A DNA stretch of 64,000 nt from Oscillospiraceae bacterium (GTDB taxonomy: Bacteria; Bacillota; Clostridia; Oscillospirales; Oscillospiraceae), in NCBI GenBank assembly GCA_018265835.1, contig JABLYK010000004.1, forward strand, positions 9,015-73,014, read 5' to 3'. The notes under the pieces are model-generated. The model had not been told where the DNA came from. It made no database searches and was given only the letters and a program-made list of their open reading frames with translations. This document shows positions 49,258-59,139 of this stretch, in pieces. The translations under genes and the position numbers were made by a program. Positions within the stretch are counted from its first letter, which is position 1. The number at the start of each line of letters is the position of its first letter.

Positions 49258-50582
49258 ATCCGTTTCCTCAGCTTACAGATGAAAAATCCGTCCGTTTCAT
49301 GCAGATGCGGCCAGAGCGTACACATGCCGTCCGGCGCGTCCACGCCCGCAGCCGAAAACGGCTCCAGTGCAAATTCCGGACGACCGGCCAAAAACGCGCG
49401 AACCACGTCCTCGTTTTCCCGTTGCCGAACCGTGCACGTGGAATACAGCAGCACACCTCCGGGTCTTACACAGCCGGCCAATCCGCTCAGGATCGCGCTC
49501 TGGATTTCCGGCAGGTGTTCCAACTCCGCCGGGTCTTTGTAGCGGATCTCGGGCTTCTTGCGGATCACACCCAGCCCGGAGCACGGCACGTCCGCCAGCA
49601 CGACGTCCGCGCTTTCACGCAGGCTTCCGAGCGGCGTTCGTGCGTCCATCGCGGTGGTTTCCAGAATCGAGATTCCCAAACGCTGCGCGCTCTCGCGCAC
49701 GCGCTTGAGCTTGTTTTCGTGAATGTCGCAGGAACGGACGCTTCCCCGCCCCTGCATTTGAACAGCGGCGCTGAAGCTCTTCCCGCCAGGAGCGGCGCAG
49801 GCATCAAGCACGCGCATCCCCGGTTGCGGATCGGCCGCCAGAACGGCCATTTTTGCCGCTGCGTCCTGTACATAAAACCACCCGTCCCGGAAGGCGTCGC
49901 TCGCAGCGAGATTTCCGCCGCCGCAAACCAGCGCGTCCGGCAGGTGCTCGTGCGTCCGCACGGCAAAGCCCTGGCCTTGCAGACTGCTTTGCAGCGTTTT
50001 CACATCCGTTTTCAGGGTGTTGGTCTGGATGCAGACCGGCGCCGGCGCATTGTCGGCGCGCAGCGCAGCCTCGGCAAAGGCGTACCCATGCGCCGCGATC
50101 CACTCCTGCACGAGCCAGAGCGGATGGCTGTATTTTGTGGCGAGATACTCCGCCGTCCCCTTTCCGGGGATTTCAGGCAGGCTATCCCTGTGCTCGGCGA
50201 TACGCCGCAGCACGGCGTTCACCAAGCCGGACGCCCGCGCGCAGCCGCTGCGCTTGCAGAGCGCCACGGCTTCGTTTACCGCCGCGCTGGGCGGAACCTT
50301 GTCCATCAGCAGAAGCTGATACGCCGATATACGCAGCAGATCGAGTACCTTCGGTTCCAGCTTCTTCGGCGGCGTTGTGGAAAACGCCGCGATATAAAAG
50401 TCCAGCAGCGCAAGATTTTGCAGCGTTCCATAGCAGATGCGGGACGCCAGCGCCGCGTCGCGCGCATCGAGCTGCGCCTTGGCGATCACGCTTGCGAGCG
50501 CCGCATCCGACCACGCGCTGTTTTTTCTCCACTTTTCCAGAGCGGCCAGCGCCGCTTCGCGGGCAGTTGCTGCCATCGTCAT
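49254..50582 (-). CDS. rsmB: 16S rRNA (cytosine967-C5)-methyltransferase
   Basis: NusB-like N-terminal domain plus SAM-dependent m5C methyltransferase (DACAAPGGK, PCSG, YSTCT). Confidence 0.92.
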   Translation of the reverse strand: MTMAATAREAALAALEKWRKNSAWSDAALASVIAKAQLDARDAALASRICYGTLQNLALLDFYIAAFSTTPPKKLEPKVLDLLRISAYQLLLMDKVPPSAAVNEAVALCKRSGCARASGLVNAVLRRIAEHRDSLPEIPGKGTAEYLATKYSHPLWLVQEWIAAHGYAFAEAALRADNAPAPVCIQTNTLKTDVKTLQSSLQGQGFAVRTHEHLPDALVCGGGNLAASDAFRDGWFYVQDAAAKMAVLAADPQPGMRVLDACAAPGGKSFSAAVQMQGRGSVRSCDIHENKLKRVRESAQRLGISILETTAMDARTPLGSLRESADVVLADVPCSGLGVIRKKPEIRYKDPAELEHLPEIQSAILSGLAGCVRPGGVLLYSTCTVRQRENEDVVRAFLAGRPEFALEPFSAAGVDAPDGMCTLWPHLHETDGFFICKLRKRI

Positions 50583-51511
50583 TCCTCAATTTGCATCGGA
50601 TGGCCGAGCAGATAGTCTGCCGCGCGCATCCGTTTCTTTCCCGGCGCCTGCAGCTCGGTGATGCGGACGGTCTCCCCGCCCGCGCAGGCGACCGTAATGC
50701 CGTCCTTCCCGGCGGAGACGATGCTGCCGGGGGCGCGCGCCGTTTTCCGCTCGGCATATTCCACGCGGAAAATTTTGAAATTCGTCCCGCCCAGCTCCGC
50801 CGTAGCAACCGGCCACGGGCACAGGCCGCAGACGTGCTTGACGATCTCGCGCGGCGTGCGGTTCCAGTCGATGGGACACAGGCTCTTATCCAGCGGCCGG
50901 GTGTAGGTCGCCCTGGCATGCTCCTGCGGCGTGCGCGGCGCGGTGCCCGCTTCGATCGCGCGCAGCGTGCGCGTGAGCAGCGCAGCGCCCATCTCCGCCA
51001 GACGGTCGAACAGCTCACCCGCCGTCTCATACGCGCCGATCTCGGTTTCGTCCGTGAAGATCACGTCGCCGGTGTCCATTTCCCGGTCGAGATACATGGT
51101 CGTCACGCCCGTGCGCGCATCGCCGTTGAGCACCGCCCACTGGATGGGCGCGGCGCCCCGGTACTGCGGCAGCAGCGAGCCATGCACGTTGATCGCACCG
51201 TGCTGCGGCACAGCCAGAATCTCGTCCGGCAGGATCTTTCCGTACGCCACAACGACGAGAATATCCGGCCGGAGGCTCTGAACCTGCTCCAAAGCCGCGC
51301 CGTCGCGCATTTTTTCCGGCTGGAACACCGGGATGCCCGCCTGCAGCGCCAGTTCCTTAACCGGGCTTGCCGTGAGCTTCATGCCGCGATTTTTGGGCTT
51401 ATCCGGCTGCGTAAATACGCCGACCACATCAAACCGCTCGTCCAGCAGACGGCGGAGCGAAACCTCGGCAAAGTCCGGCGTGCCCATGAACACGATTCTC
51501 ATCCGGCTCAA
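50579..51511 (-). CDS. fmt: Methionyl-tRNA formyltransferase
   Basis: MRIVFMGTPDFA and HGSLLPQYRGAAPIQ motifs. Confidence 0.96.
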   Translation of the reverse strand: MSRMRIVFMGTPDFAEVSLRRLLDERFDVVGVFTQPDKPKNRGMKLTASPVKELALQAGIPVFQPEKMRDGAALEQVQSLRPDILVVVAYGKILPDEILAVPQHGAINVHGSLLPQYRGAAPIQWAVLNGDARTGVTTMYLDREMDTGDVIFTDETEIGAYETAGELFDRLAEMGAALLTRTLRAIEAGTAPRTPQEHARATYTRPLDKSLCPIDWNRTPREIVKHVCGLCPWPVATAELGGTNFKIFRVEYAERKTARAPGSIVSAGKDGITVACAGGETVRITELQAPGKKRMRAADYLLGHPMQIEE

Positions 51512-52005
51512 TCCTCCGCCTGCTGCAGCTCTTCCGGATCGAGCATCCGGATGGCCTTCGTGGTGAACAGCCTGCCCTCCAGATGATCCAGCTCGTGGCA
51601 GAAGGCGCGCGCCGTCAGCCCATCGCCCTCGACCTCAAAAAAGTTGCCGTAGCGATCCTGCGCGCGCACCTTGACGTGATCCGGCCGCGTGACGATGCCG
51701 AACTGCTCCGGAATGCTCAGGCATCCCTCCGCACCGGTCTGCTCGCCGGAGGCCTCAATGATCTCCGGGTTCACAAGCTCGATCATGTATTCGTCCTCGT
51801 CCTCGGCCACGTTCGTCTCCAGCACGATGACGGCGCGGCGCAGCACGCCGACCTGCGGCGCGGCGAGTCCCACGCCGTTGGCGTGCGCCAGCGTCTCCTT
51901 CATATCGTCGAGCAGGGTATGCAGACGGGCGTTAAACTCCGTCACCGGGCGGCAGTGTTTTTCCAGCACCGGGTCGCCTTTTTTTACGATCATTCTCTGT
52001 GCCAT
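51508..52005 (-). CDS. def: Peptide deformylase
   Basis: GVGLAAPQ, EGCLS and HELDH motifs. ATG 52005 lies 6 nt after AGGAG. Confidence 0.95.
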   Translation of the reverse strand: MAQRMIVKKGDPVLEKHCRPVTEFNARLHTLLDDMKETLAHANGVGLAAPQVGVLRRAVIVLETNVAEDEDEYMIELVNPEIIEASGEQTGAEGCLSIPEQFGIVTRPDHVKVRAQDRYGNFFEVEGDGLTARAFCHELDHLEGRLFTTKAIRMLDPEELQQAED

Positions 52006-52015
52006 AACGATTCTC

Positions 52016-54487
52016 CTAATCAAACGGGTTGTCGTCCGCAAAAACGGACACGTCCCGAAATTTTTTATCCGTATTGCAATACATCACAATGTTTGCCACC
52101 GTCTGCCGCAGAACGCGCGTCTCCCTGCAGTAAAGCGTGACGCGGTAGCGGAAGCGGTTGTTCACGCGCACAACCGGCAGCGGCGCCGGGCCGAGGATCT
52201 GGGCTTTGCCGTGTGTTTCCCGCTGCAGATAGTCGCGGATATATGCGCAGCAGCGCAACACCGCGCTCTCGTTCAGGCCGGAGACCGTCACCGTCAGAAT
52301 CTCGCAGAACGGCGGCGTGCTGTGCAGTCTGCGCAGCGCGATCTCCGAGCGGTAAAATGCCTCATAGTCTTGCGCAGCGGCCTGCAAAATCGTCTGATTT
52401 TCCGGTGTGAACGTCTGGATCACGGCGCGCCCCGGCGCCTCGCCCCGGCCGCTGCGGCCGATCACCTGCGTGATGAGCGAAAACGTCCGCTCGTTCGCGC
52501 GGTAGTCGCCAACGTACAGGCTTTGATCCGCCGAGAGCACGCCCACGAGCGTCACACGGTCGAAATTCAGCCCCTTGGCGATCATCTGCGTGCCGATCAT
52601 GATCGGAATGTTTTCCCGGGAAAAGCGGCTGAGCAGCTTTTCGTGGGAACCGGCCATGGCGATCGTATCGGCGTCCATCCGCAGCGTTTCCACGCCCGGA
52701 AACAGGTCATGGAGCTCTTCCTCAATCTTTTGCGTACCGTCGCCGATGTAGCGCAGCGTACCGCCGCAATCAGGGCAGTGCTCGCCCACATGCCGGCGAT
52801 AGCCACAGTGGTGGCACTGGAGCGTGCGGTTGCTGCTGTGGTAGGTCAGACTCACGCTGCAGCGGGGACACGCATACGTAAAGCCGCAGTCGCCGCAGGT
52901 GACGAGCTTGCTCGCCCCGCGCCGGTTGAGAAACAAAATGCTCTGCTCCCCGCGGGCGAGGTTTTCTTCCAGCTCCTGCCGCAGCACGGAGCTGATGGAG
53001 CCAAGGTTGCCCTGCCGCAGCTCGCGTTTCATATCTACAATGCGGACTTCCGGCAGCGCCTGCTCGTTGAACCGCCCCTTGATCTCAAAATAATGATAAT
53101 TCCCGCTCTCCGCCTGATAGCGGCTCACCACGTCGGGCGTAGCGGAACCGAGCAGCAGCAGCGCATTGCTTTGCACACAGCGGAACTTTGCCACGTCGCG
53201 CGCGTGGTAGCGCGGGGTGTTTTCTGATTTATACGTCTCCTCCTGCTCCTCGTCGAGAATCAGCAGGCCGAGATTCACAGCCGGTGCGAATACCGCGCTG
53301 CGGGTGCCGATGATGACGCGCGCGCTCCCGCTGCGGATGCGCTTCCACTCGTCGTACCGCTCGCCGATGGAAAGCCGGCTGTGCAGCACGGCGACCTGAT
53401 CGCCGAAATAGGCGGAAAACGTCTGGATCATCTGCGGCGTTAGCGCAATTTCAGGCACCAGAAGGATGGACGAGGCACCGCAGCGCAGCGCATCGTCGAT
53501 CAGATGCAGATACACCGTCGTTTTGCCGCTGCCGGTCACACCGAAAAGCAGCGCCGCATTCGCCTGCGGCTGCTCCAGCAATTCGCGCAGTCCTGTATAC
53601 GCGCGCTGCTGCGTCTCCGTCAGCGCCGGAAGCGGCTGAAGCTCCCCCTCAAACCGCACCGGACGGCGAAACGCCGGTTCCGCATCAAGCTGTACCAGCT
53701 CCTTTTTCACAAGTGCGTTCAGGCTCGCCATGGACGCGCCGGTGAACAGGCAGACCTCCCGTGCCGGGGCACGCCCCACGGTACACAGCAGATCCAGAAT
53801 CGCCGCCTGCTGCGGCGCTTTTTTCCGACAGCGGCGCACTTCTTCCTGTGCGTCCTCCGCCGGGAGATTCAGCCCGGCATAGACCGTCTCCTTGTCCTTC
53901 ACGCGGCGCTTTTCCGTGCCTTCCACGCACAAAACGCCCTCTTTGACCAGCGCGTGCAGCGCGTTTGCAGGGTCTTCCCCGCCGAACGCCGCCTGCAAAT
54001 CCTCCAGATTGCAGCTTCCGCCGTGGGCAAATACGGTTTCCAGCGCGAGCCTGCGCGCTTTTGATCTCCCGCACGCTTCGAATGCCGTGTCCCGCTCCAT
54101 TCCTTCCGAGACGCGGTAGACCGTGCGGATCTGAAACCACACGCCCGCCGGGAGAATGGCCTTGACCGCGTCATAGACCGTGCAGAAAAACCGGTCGTGC
54201 ATCCAGACGGCCAGCCGGATCTGCTCTGCCGTGAGCACCGGTTCAGCGTCGAGCGCCTTCAGCACTGCTTTGAGCGTCGGGGCGTCCTCCCCGCTGCACA
54301 CCGACAGCACAACGCCCTCACAGGGGCGGTTTCCTCTCGAAAACGGGACGATGACCCGGCAGCCGGGCTTCACGCCCTCCAGACCGGGCGGGAGCTTGTA
54401 GGAGAACGGCCGGTCAAACGCGAAGGTCGCCGCAGAGACCGCGATCTTTGCAATCGTTACCTGTGCCAAACCATTCCCCTCCCTCAA
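52016..54487 (-). CDS. priA: Primosomal protein N' (replication restart helicase)
   Basis: Walker A GVTGSGKT, DEEQ box, Cys-rich Zn-binding insert (CGDCG..CPRC..CHHCG..CPDCG). Confidence 0.95.
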   Translation of the reverse strand: MREGNGLAQVTIAKIAVSAATFAFDRPFSYKLPPGLEGVKPGCRVIVPFSRGNRPCEGVVLSVCSGEDAPTLKAVLKALDAEPVLTAEQIRLAVWMHDRFFCTVYDAVKAILPAGVWFQIRTVYRVSEGMERDTAFEACGRSKARRLALETVFAHGGSCNLEDLQAAFGGEDPANALHALVKEGVLCVEGTEKRRVKDKETVYAGLNLPAEDAQEEVRRCRKKAPQQAAILDLLCTVGRAPAREVCLFTGASMASLNALVKKELVQLDAEPAFRRPVRFEGELQPLPALTETQQRAYTGLRELLEQPQANAALLFGVTGSGKTTVYLHLIDDALRCGASSILLVPEIALTPQMIQTFSAYFGDQVAVLHSRLSIGERYDEWKRIRSGSARVIIGTRSAVFAPAVNLGLLILDEEQEETYKSENTPRYHARDVAKFRCVQSNALLLLGSATPDVVSRYQAESGNYHYFEIKGRFNEQALPEVRIVDMKRELRQGNLGSISSVLRQELEENLARGEQSILFLNRRGASKLVTCGDCGFTYACPRCSVSLTYHSSNRTLQCHHCGYRRHVGEHCPDCGGTLRYIGDGTQKIEEELHDLFPGVETLRMDADTIAMAGSHEKLLSRFSRENIPIMIGTQMIAKGLNFDRVTLVGVLSADQSLYVGDYRANERTFSLITQVIGRSGRGEAPGRAVIQTFTPENQTILQAAAQDYEAFYRSEIALRRLHSTPPFCEILTVTVSGLNESAVLRCCAYIRDYLQRETHGKAQILGPAPLPVVRVNNRFRYRVTLYCRETRVLRQTVANIVMYCNTDKKFRDVSVFADDNPFD

Positions 54488-54513
54488 AAAAACAGGCGGG
54501 TCTTGCCCGCCTG
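54486..54513 (-). terminator. rpoZ terminator
   Basis: Minus strand reads CAGGCGGG-CAAGA-CCCGCCTG followed by TTTTTTT. Confidence 0.8.
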
Positions 54514-54520
54514 AAAGCGT

Positions 54521-54712
54521 TTACTTCTTGATGGACAGCTCGCCGGCGTAGACTTCGTCAATCGCCATAGAGACCGGCTTCACATCCAGAACTTCGCCGC
54601 TGTCCTCAGCGGCGGATGCGATGGCGCGCGCTCTGCGCGCAACGAGATTGACCAGCAGATAGCGGCTGCCGACCTGATCGGCCAGTTCGCCCATTGGGGG
54701 ATAAAGCATCAT
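54521..54712 (-). CDS. rpoZ: DNA-directed RNA polymerase subunit omega
   Basis: SRYLLVNLVARRAR motif. ATG 54712 overlaps the gmk TGA as ATGA. Confidence 0.9.
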   Translation of the reverse strand: MMLYPPMGELADQVGSRYLLVNLVARRARAIASAAEDSGEVLDVKPVSMAIDEVYAGELSIKK

Positions 54713-55347
54713 AATTCCTGCACCTCTGTTAAATATGATTTGCGCTCCTGATACCGGCATTGCTCCGCAGTGATGATGGCGTCCAGCTCCCGCGCCGCCT
54801 GATCGGGATCGTCGTTGATGACTATGTAATCGTAAAAGTCCGCCTCACGGTATTCGTTATGCGCCCGTGCCAGGCGGCAGCAGATTTTTTCCTCTGCATC
54901 GGTATGCCGGCCGCGCAGCCGGCGCTCCAGCTCTTCCAGACTGGGCGGAATCACAAAAATGGTGACCGCATCCGGCGTCTTTCCGCACACCTGACGCGCC
55001 CCCTGCACTTCAATGTCCAGCAGCACGTTCAGCCCCTCGGCCTGCTTGCGCTCGACGTATCCGCGCGGCGTACCGTAGCAGTTGCCGACATACTCGGCAT
55101 GCTCCAGCAGCGCGTCTTCCTCCACCATACGGTCGAATTCTTCCCGCGTGATGAAAAAATAATCCGTTCCGTCCGTTTCTCCGGGACGCGGCTGCCGCGT
55201 CGTCGCCGAAACGGAAAAGCACAGGTCCTGACGCATCTGCATCAGGCGCGCAATCACGGTGCTCTTTCCGGCGCCGGACGGACCGGACAGCACAATCAGT
55301 TTTCCTGCCTGTTCAGCCACGCGGCTCACCTCCGTCTCCTTCGCCAT
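54709..55347 (-). CDS. gmk: Guanylate kinase
   Basis: [10 protein letters not shown]-loop. YFFITREEF. Confidence 0.95.
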   Translation of the reverse strand: MAKETEVSRVAEQAGKLIVLSGPSGAGKSTVIARLMQMRQDLCFSVSATTRQPRPGETDGTDYFFITREEFDRMVEEDALLEHAEYVGNCYGTPRGYVERKQAEGLNVLLDIEVQGARQVCGKTPDAVTIFVIPPSLEELERRLRGRHTDAEEKICCRLARAHNEYREADFYDYIVINDDPDQAARELDAIITAEQCRYQERKSYLTEVQEL

Positions 55348-55579
55348 TCACCTCTGCACGCACGCCAACCGCCTCCGGCAGCAGCGCGGACAGAACAACA
55401 TGTCCCGTATCCATAATCAGAACGGACTTGGTCTTGCGGCCATAGGTTGCATCAATCAGCATCCCGATCTCGCGGCTATCCTGCACAATGCGTTTGATGG
55501 GGGCAGACTCCGGGCTGACCACTGCCAGCAGCCGTTCCTGCGACACCAAATTTCCATACCCGATGTTGATGAGTTTCAA
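55313..55579 (-). CDS. remA: RemA/DUF370-family regulator
   Basis: [30 protein letters not shown] is a near-canonical RemA N-terminus. Confidence 0.9.
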   Translation of the reverse strand: MKLINIGYGNLVSQERLLAVVSPESAPIKRIVQDSREIGMLIDATYGRKTKSVLIMDTGHVVLSALLPEAVGVRAEVNGEGDGGEPRG

Positions 55580-55593
55580 GCTCTGTCTCTCTC

Positions 55594-56475
55594 CTACTCA
55601 ATATTCTGGATCTGTTCCCGGATCTTTTCAATCTCGGATTTGAGATCGACCACCACCTTGGCAATGTCGGCATTCTGGCATTTGGAGCCGATCGTATTGG
55701 CCTCGCGGTTGAACTCCTGAATCAGGAAATCCGCCTTTCTCCCGAAAGGCGAGCCGCCTTGAAGCATATGGCGCATCTGTGAAATATGGCTGCGCAGACG
55801 AACGGTTTCCTCGTCTACGGCGATGTGGTCGGCAAAGATTGCGGCCTCGGTCAGAATGCGCGTCTCGTCAATATCGGTCGCGGCGAGCACAGCCTCCATC
55901 TTCTGGCGCAGGCGGGTCTGATACTCTTCCACCGTGCGCGGCGCGTTTTCCTCTACCACAGAAACAAGCGCTTCAATGGTGCACAGGCGGTTTTCCACAT
56001 CCTCGCGGAGCTTGGCCCCCTCGCGCACGCGCATCTGGTCATACTCCGTGAGCGCCGCTTCCATCAGCGAAACGAGCCCCGCGCCGATCTTCTCCTGATC
56101 GGCCTCCGCCTTCTCCACAGACAGCACGTCCGGAAACCGGCAGACAGACATCAGCGTCATGTCATTTTCCAGCCCGTAGCGCGCCGAAAGATCATTCAGC
56201 GTGTCCACATACGCGCGCAGCAGCGGCTCATTGACCTTGATGACGGTATCCGCCGCCTGCGAGGCGTCCACCGTGATAAACACGTCCACTTTTCCGCGGC
56301 TGATGTGCCGCTGCACGGCGGCCTTGACTGCATCTTCCGCAAAGAGGAAGCCGCGCGGCATCCGAACCGAAACATCCAGATACCGGTTGTTCACGCTTTT
56401 CAGCTCCGCCGTGATATTCAGACCCTCAACGACGCCCTTTGCGCCGCCGTAACCGGTCATACTTTTGATCGTCAT
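55594..56475 (-). CDS. YicC/YloC-family endoribonuclease
   Basis: [11 protein letters not shown]-terminus. C-terminal [13 protein letters not shown]. Confidence 0.9.
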   Translation of the reverse strand: MTIKSMTGYGGAKGVVEGLNITAELKSVNNRYLDVSVRMPRGFLFAEDAVKAAVQRHISRGKVDVFITVDASQAADTVIKVNEPLLRAYVDTLNDLSARYGLENDMTLMSVCRFPDVLSVEKAEADQEKIGAGLVSLMEAALTEYDQMRVREGAKLREDVENRLCTIEALVSVVEENAPRTVEEYQTRLRQKMEAVLAATDIDETRILTEAAIFADHIAVDEETVRLRSHISQMRHMLQGGSPFGRKADFLIQEFNREANTIGSKCQNADIAKVVVDLKSEIEKIREQIQNIE

Positions 56476-56493
56476 ATCCGCAATCCCCTGCCG

Positions 56494-56901
56494 TTATTCC
56501 CGAATTTGGATGATTTCAAACGTGATGGGCGTCTTGTTCTTCCGGCGCTGCAGCAGCACATTCAGCGCCACGCCGAGCGCAAAGAACGCCACGCCGACCA
56601 GAATGCATCCACCCTGCCCGAACGAGAGCGCCGCGCCGATGGCATAGCCGATGAACAGCAGCACAAACGGCACCAGGTACAGCAGCGCCGCAGCGCCGAG
56701 AATGTCCGACGTTTTCGTCTCAATGACGACCTTCTGACCCGGAAGCGCAGAAATCCGGTTTCTGGCCGTCGTCCGGATCCTGTTTTGAAATACGCACGCC
56801 TCGCAGGAACCGCAGTTCCCACCGCAGGCCGTGCCGCGCTCCACCTCAACCTCGGCGGTGCGTTTGTCAATCAGTTTGGTTACCACAGCATCTTGCGTCA
56901 T
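56494..56901 (-). CDS. RseC/MucC-family (SoxR-reducing system) protein
   Basis: N-terminal CGGNCGSCEAC motif followed by two TM helices. Confidence 0.8.
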   Translation of the reverse strand: MTQDAVVTKLIDKRTAEVEVERGTACGGNCGSCEACVFQNRIRTTARNRISALPGQKVVIETKTSDILGAAALLYLVPFVLLFIGYAIGAALSFGQGGCILVGVAFFALGVALNVLLQRRKNKTPITFEIIQIRE

Positions 56902-56904
56902 GTG

Positions 56905-58167
56905 CTATCCTCCGTTGGTCAGTGACACTGAAACCGTATATTCGCCAATCGCGCCGGCCTTCTCATATCCGTCTACATAGACCTTGGCCGTCACCGTAAT
57001 GACTCCGGTCGTCGCATCGTAATCCGACAAATCTGCAACCACACGGACATTATCCGCCGTGATCTTGCCGAGCACATCCGCCTCTGCCCGGACTGTGACT
57101 TCCAGCATCGTCGTCGTCAGCTCTGCGCGCAGACCCGGCTTCACGCCTGTGACGCTGATATTGTCGGTTGTGATTTTCTTCGTTTCCAGCCCGCGGACCG
57201 TAATCTTTACTGTCGCCTCTGTCGTCCCGGTGAGATTGCGCAGGGCGTTATCCAGCGGGATGGTAACGGTATTTTCGTAGCTGGATGCAAAATCAGACAG
57301 GTCGATTGTACTCACCACAAGCTGATTCATCTTCTCCAGCACCGCCGTATCGCCCGCGACCTCAATGGCTTTCGGCTCCACCGTAACAACGCAGTTGTCC
57401 GCCGTGGCGCCCGCGCCCTCGATCAGATTCACGGTCAGCGGCAGCTCCTTTTTCATCAGAACCGGAAGCGTCACCGTCACGGTGTTGTGATCGCTGATGA
57501 TCTCCTGCATCGGGACTTCGTCGCCGTTCTGATCGAGCAGGACATAAGAGCTCTTCATCGGGCCGAGCGTCATGTCCACGTTCTCACGATTCACGTACAC
57601 ACATGCGCTGTCCACGTTTTTCAGCTCATCCTCCGGCCCGTAAAGCGTAATGGTAGACGGCTCCACAAGGATCGGATCGGCTGTATAGCCATCGGCCACA
57701 CTGCCGGTGAAGACGCCCTTGACCTCAACGGTCTTTGCGCTCTCCCGCACCACCGAAAAGGCGATGGTTTCGGGCGATTTGCTGATGATCGACACGTCGC
57801 TCTGATCGACGCTGCCCGGCCAGGCAATGGTGTAGCTTACCTCCATCTCACGCGGTTGTGAAATGCTACTCACGTCGACCTCCGCCGCGAGGTCGGAGGC
57901 ATGCAGGTTTCCGATATTCCCACGGCTTCCGGACACATGAATGGTGACGGTCTCGACGCTCGCCTCCGTAATAATCAGGCCGCGCGACGAGCGCAGCTCC
58001 TCCGCGCCCTGAAACACGACCGGCACATTGTAAAACGTCCGGTCAATGGAAGTCTCCTCCGTGGAGGTCATGTACGCCCAGAGCAAGAAGGACGCCAGCA
58101 AAGACGCAATGGCCCAGAACACCTTGCTGTTACGTATTTTGTTGATCGTTCCGTTCTTCTTTGTCAT
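56905..58167 (-). CDS. cdaR: YbbR-domain protein CdaR (regulator of diadenylate cyclase)
   Basis: N-terminal TM plus four YbbR-like repeats. Overlaps the cdaA 3' end by 38 nt. Confidence 0.85.
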   Translation of the reverse strand: MTKKNGTINKIRNSKVFWAIASLLASFLLWAYMTSTEETSIDRTFYNVPVVFQGAEELRSSRGLIITEASVETVTIHVSGSRGNIGNLHASDLAAEVDVSSISQPREMEVSYTIAWPGSVDQSDVSIISKSPETIAFSVVRESAKTVEVKGVFTGSVADGYTADPILVEPSTITLYGPEDELKNVDSACVYVNRENVDMTLGPMKSSYVLLDQNGDEVPMQEIISDHNTVTVTLPVLMKKELPLTVNLIEGAGATADNCVVTVEPKAIEVAGDTAVLEKMNQLVVSTIDLSDFASSYENTVTIPLDNALRNLTGTTEATVKITVRGLETKKITTDNISVTGVKPGLRAELTTTMLEVTVRAEADVLGKITADNVRVVADLSDYDATTGVITVTAKVYVDGYEKAGAIGEYTVSVSLTNGG

Positions 58168-59029
58168 GATGCTTCTCCCGGCGCGAAAGTTTCAGGCGGG
58201 ACAGGAACTCCCATCGTTTCTGCTGCCGCCCTTCTTCCGGCATCAGCTCGCTGCGCAGAATTGCTTCAAAAGTCTCCAGCGTCAGGCGGCGCTTGAGCAT
58301 ACCGTCCACTGCGACCGAGATGCTCCCGGTCTCCTCCGATACAATCACGATCACAGCATCCGAATGCTCGCTCATGCCAATGCCGGCGCGGTGGCGGGTC
58401 CCCAGATCGGGACTGAGATTCGTATTGGTCGTCAGCGGCAAGACACAGCCTGCAGCGGCGATACGCCCGTTTTGTATGATCACCGCGCCGTCATGCAGCG
58501 GCGCTTTCACGAAGAAAATGTTTTTCAGCAGCTCCGCCGACACATCCGCGTTGACGATCGTGCCGCTTCGCATCTGCTCATCCAGAGCGTTTGCGCGTTC
58601 AAACACAATCAGCGCGCCCGTATGCGTTGCGGACATGTCGGCACAAGCCATGATCGTCTGCGTAATTTCCGTTTCCGTCGTCAGATGATTCAACCGCTTG
58701 GAGCCAAACAGGCTCGAAATGTTGCCGCCCATTCTCTCCAAAAGGCGGCGCAGCTCCGGCTGGAACAGAATAACCAACGCGATCATCCCCAGCTCCACAA
58801 TCTTCTCCAGCAGGTAGTTGATCATCGTCAGCTTCAAAACACCGGATAGCCACAGCGCAATCAGGATCAGGACAATGCCGCGGGCGACCCGATAGGAATT
58901 TGTCTTGCGGATCAACATGATTAACTTGTAGATCAAATAAGCAACCAGCAGAATATCCACGACGTCCGGAATCCGTATCGTGGAAATCAGGCTGGCGATT
59001 TTTGTCCAGAAGGCAGCAAATTGAGCCAT
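58130..59029 (-). CDS. cdaA: Diadenylate cyclase CdaA
   Basis: Three TM helices plus a DAC domain (GALIVFE, HDGAVII, GTRHRAG). ATG 59029 lies 8 nt from GAGGA. Confidence 0.92.
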   Translation of the reverse strand: MAQFAAFWTKIASLISTIRIPDVVDILLVAYLIYKLIMLIRKTNSYRVARGIVLILIALWLSGVLKLTMINYLLEKIVELGMIALVILFQPELRRLLERMGGNISSLFGSKRLNHLTTETEITQTIMACADMSATHTGALIVFERANALDEQMRSGTIVNADVSAELLKNIFFVKAPLHDGAVIIQNGRIAAAGCVLPLTTNTNLSPDLGTRHRAGIGMSEHSDAVIVIVSEETGSISVAVDGMLKRRLTLETFEAILRSELMPEEGRQQKRWEFLSRLKLSRREKHHDKEERNDQQNT

Positions 59030-59091
59030 GACAACATCCTCTGTAGCATTCTGTGGGTGCGTTCTCTCCATTTGCACCCGAAGATTAAATT

Positions 59092-59120
59092 ATTATATCG
59101 CAAAAATGTGAAAATAGCAA
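59092..59120 (-). promoter_or_regulatory. Promoter of cdaA-cdaR
   Basis: Minus strand reads TTGCTA, 17 nt, TATAAT. Confidence 0.6.
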
Positions 59121-59139
59121 CCGCAAATCTGCCGCGATA

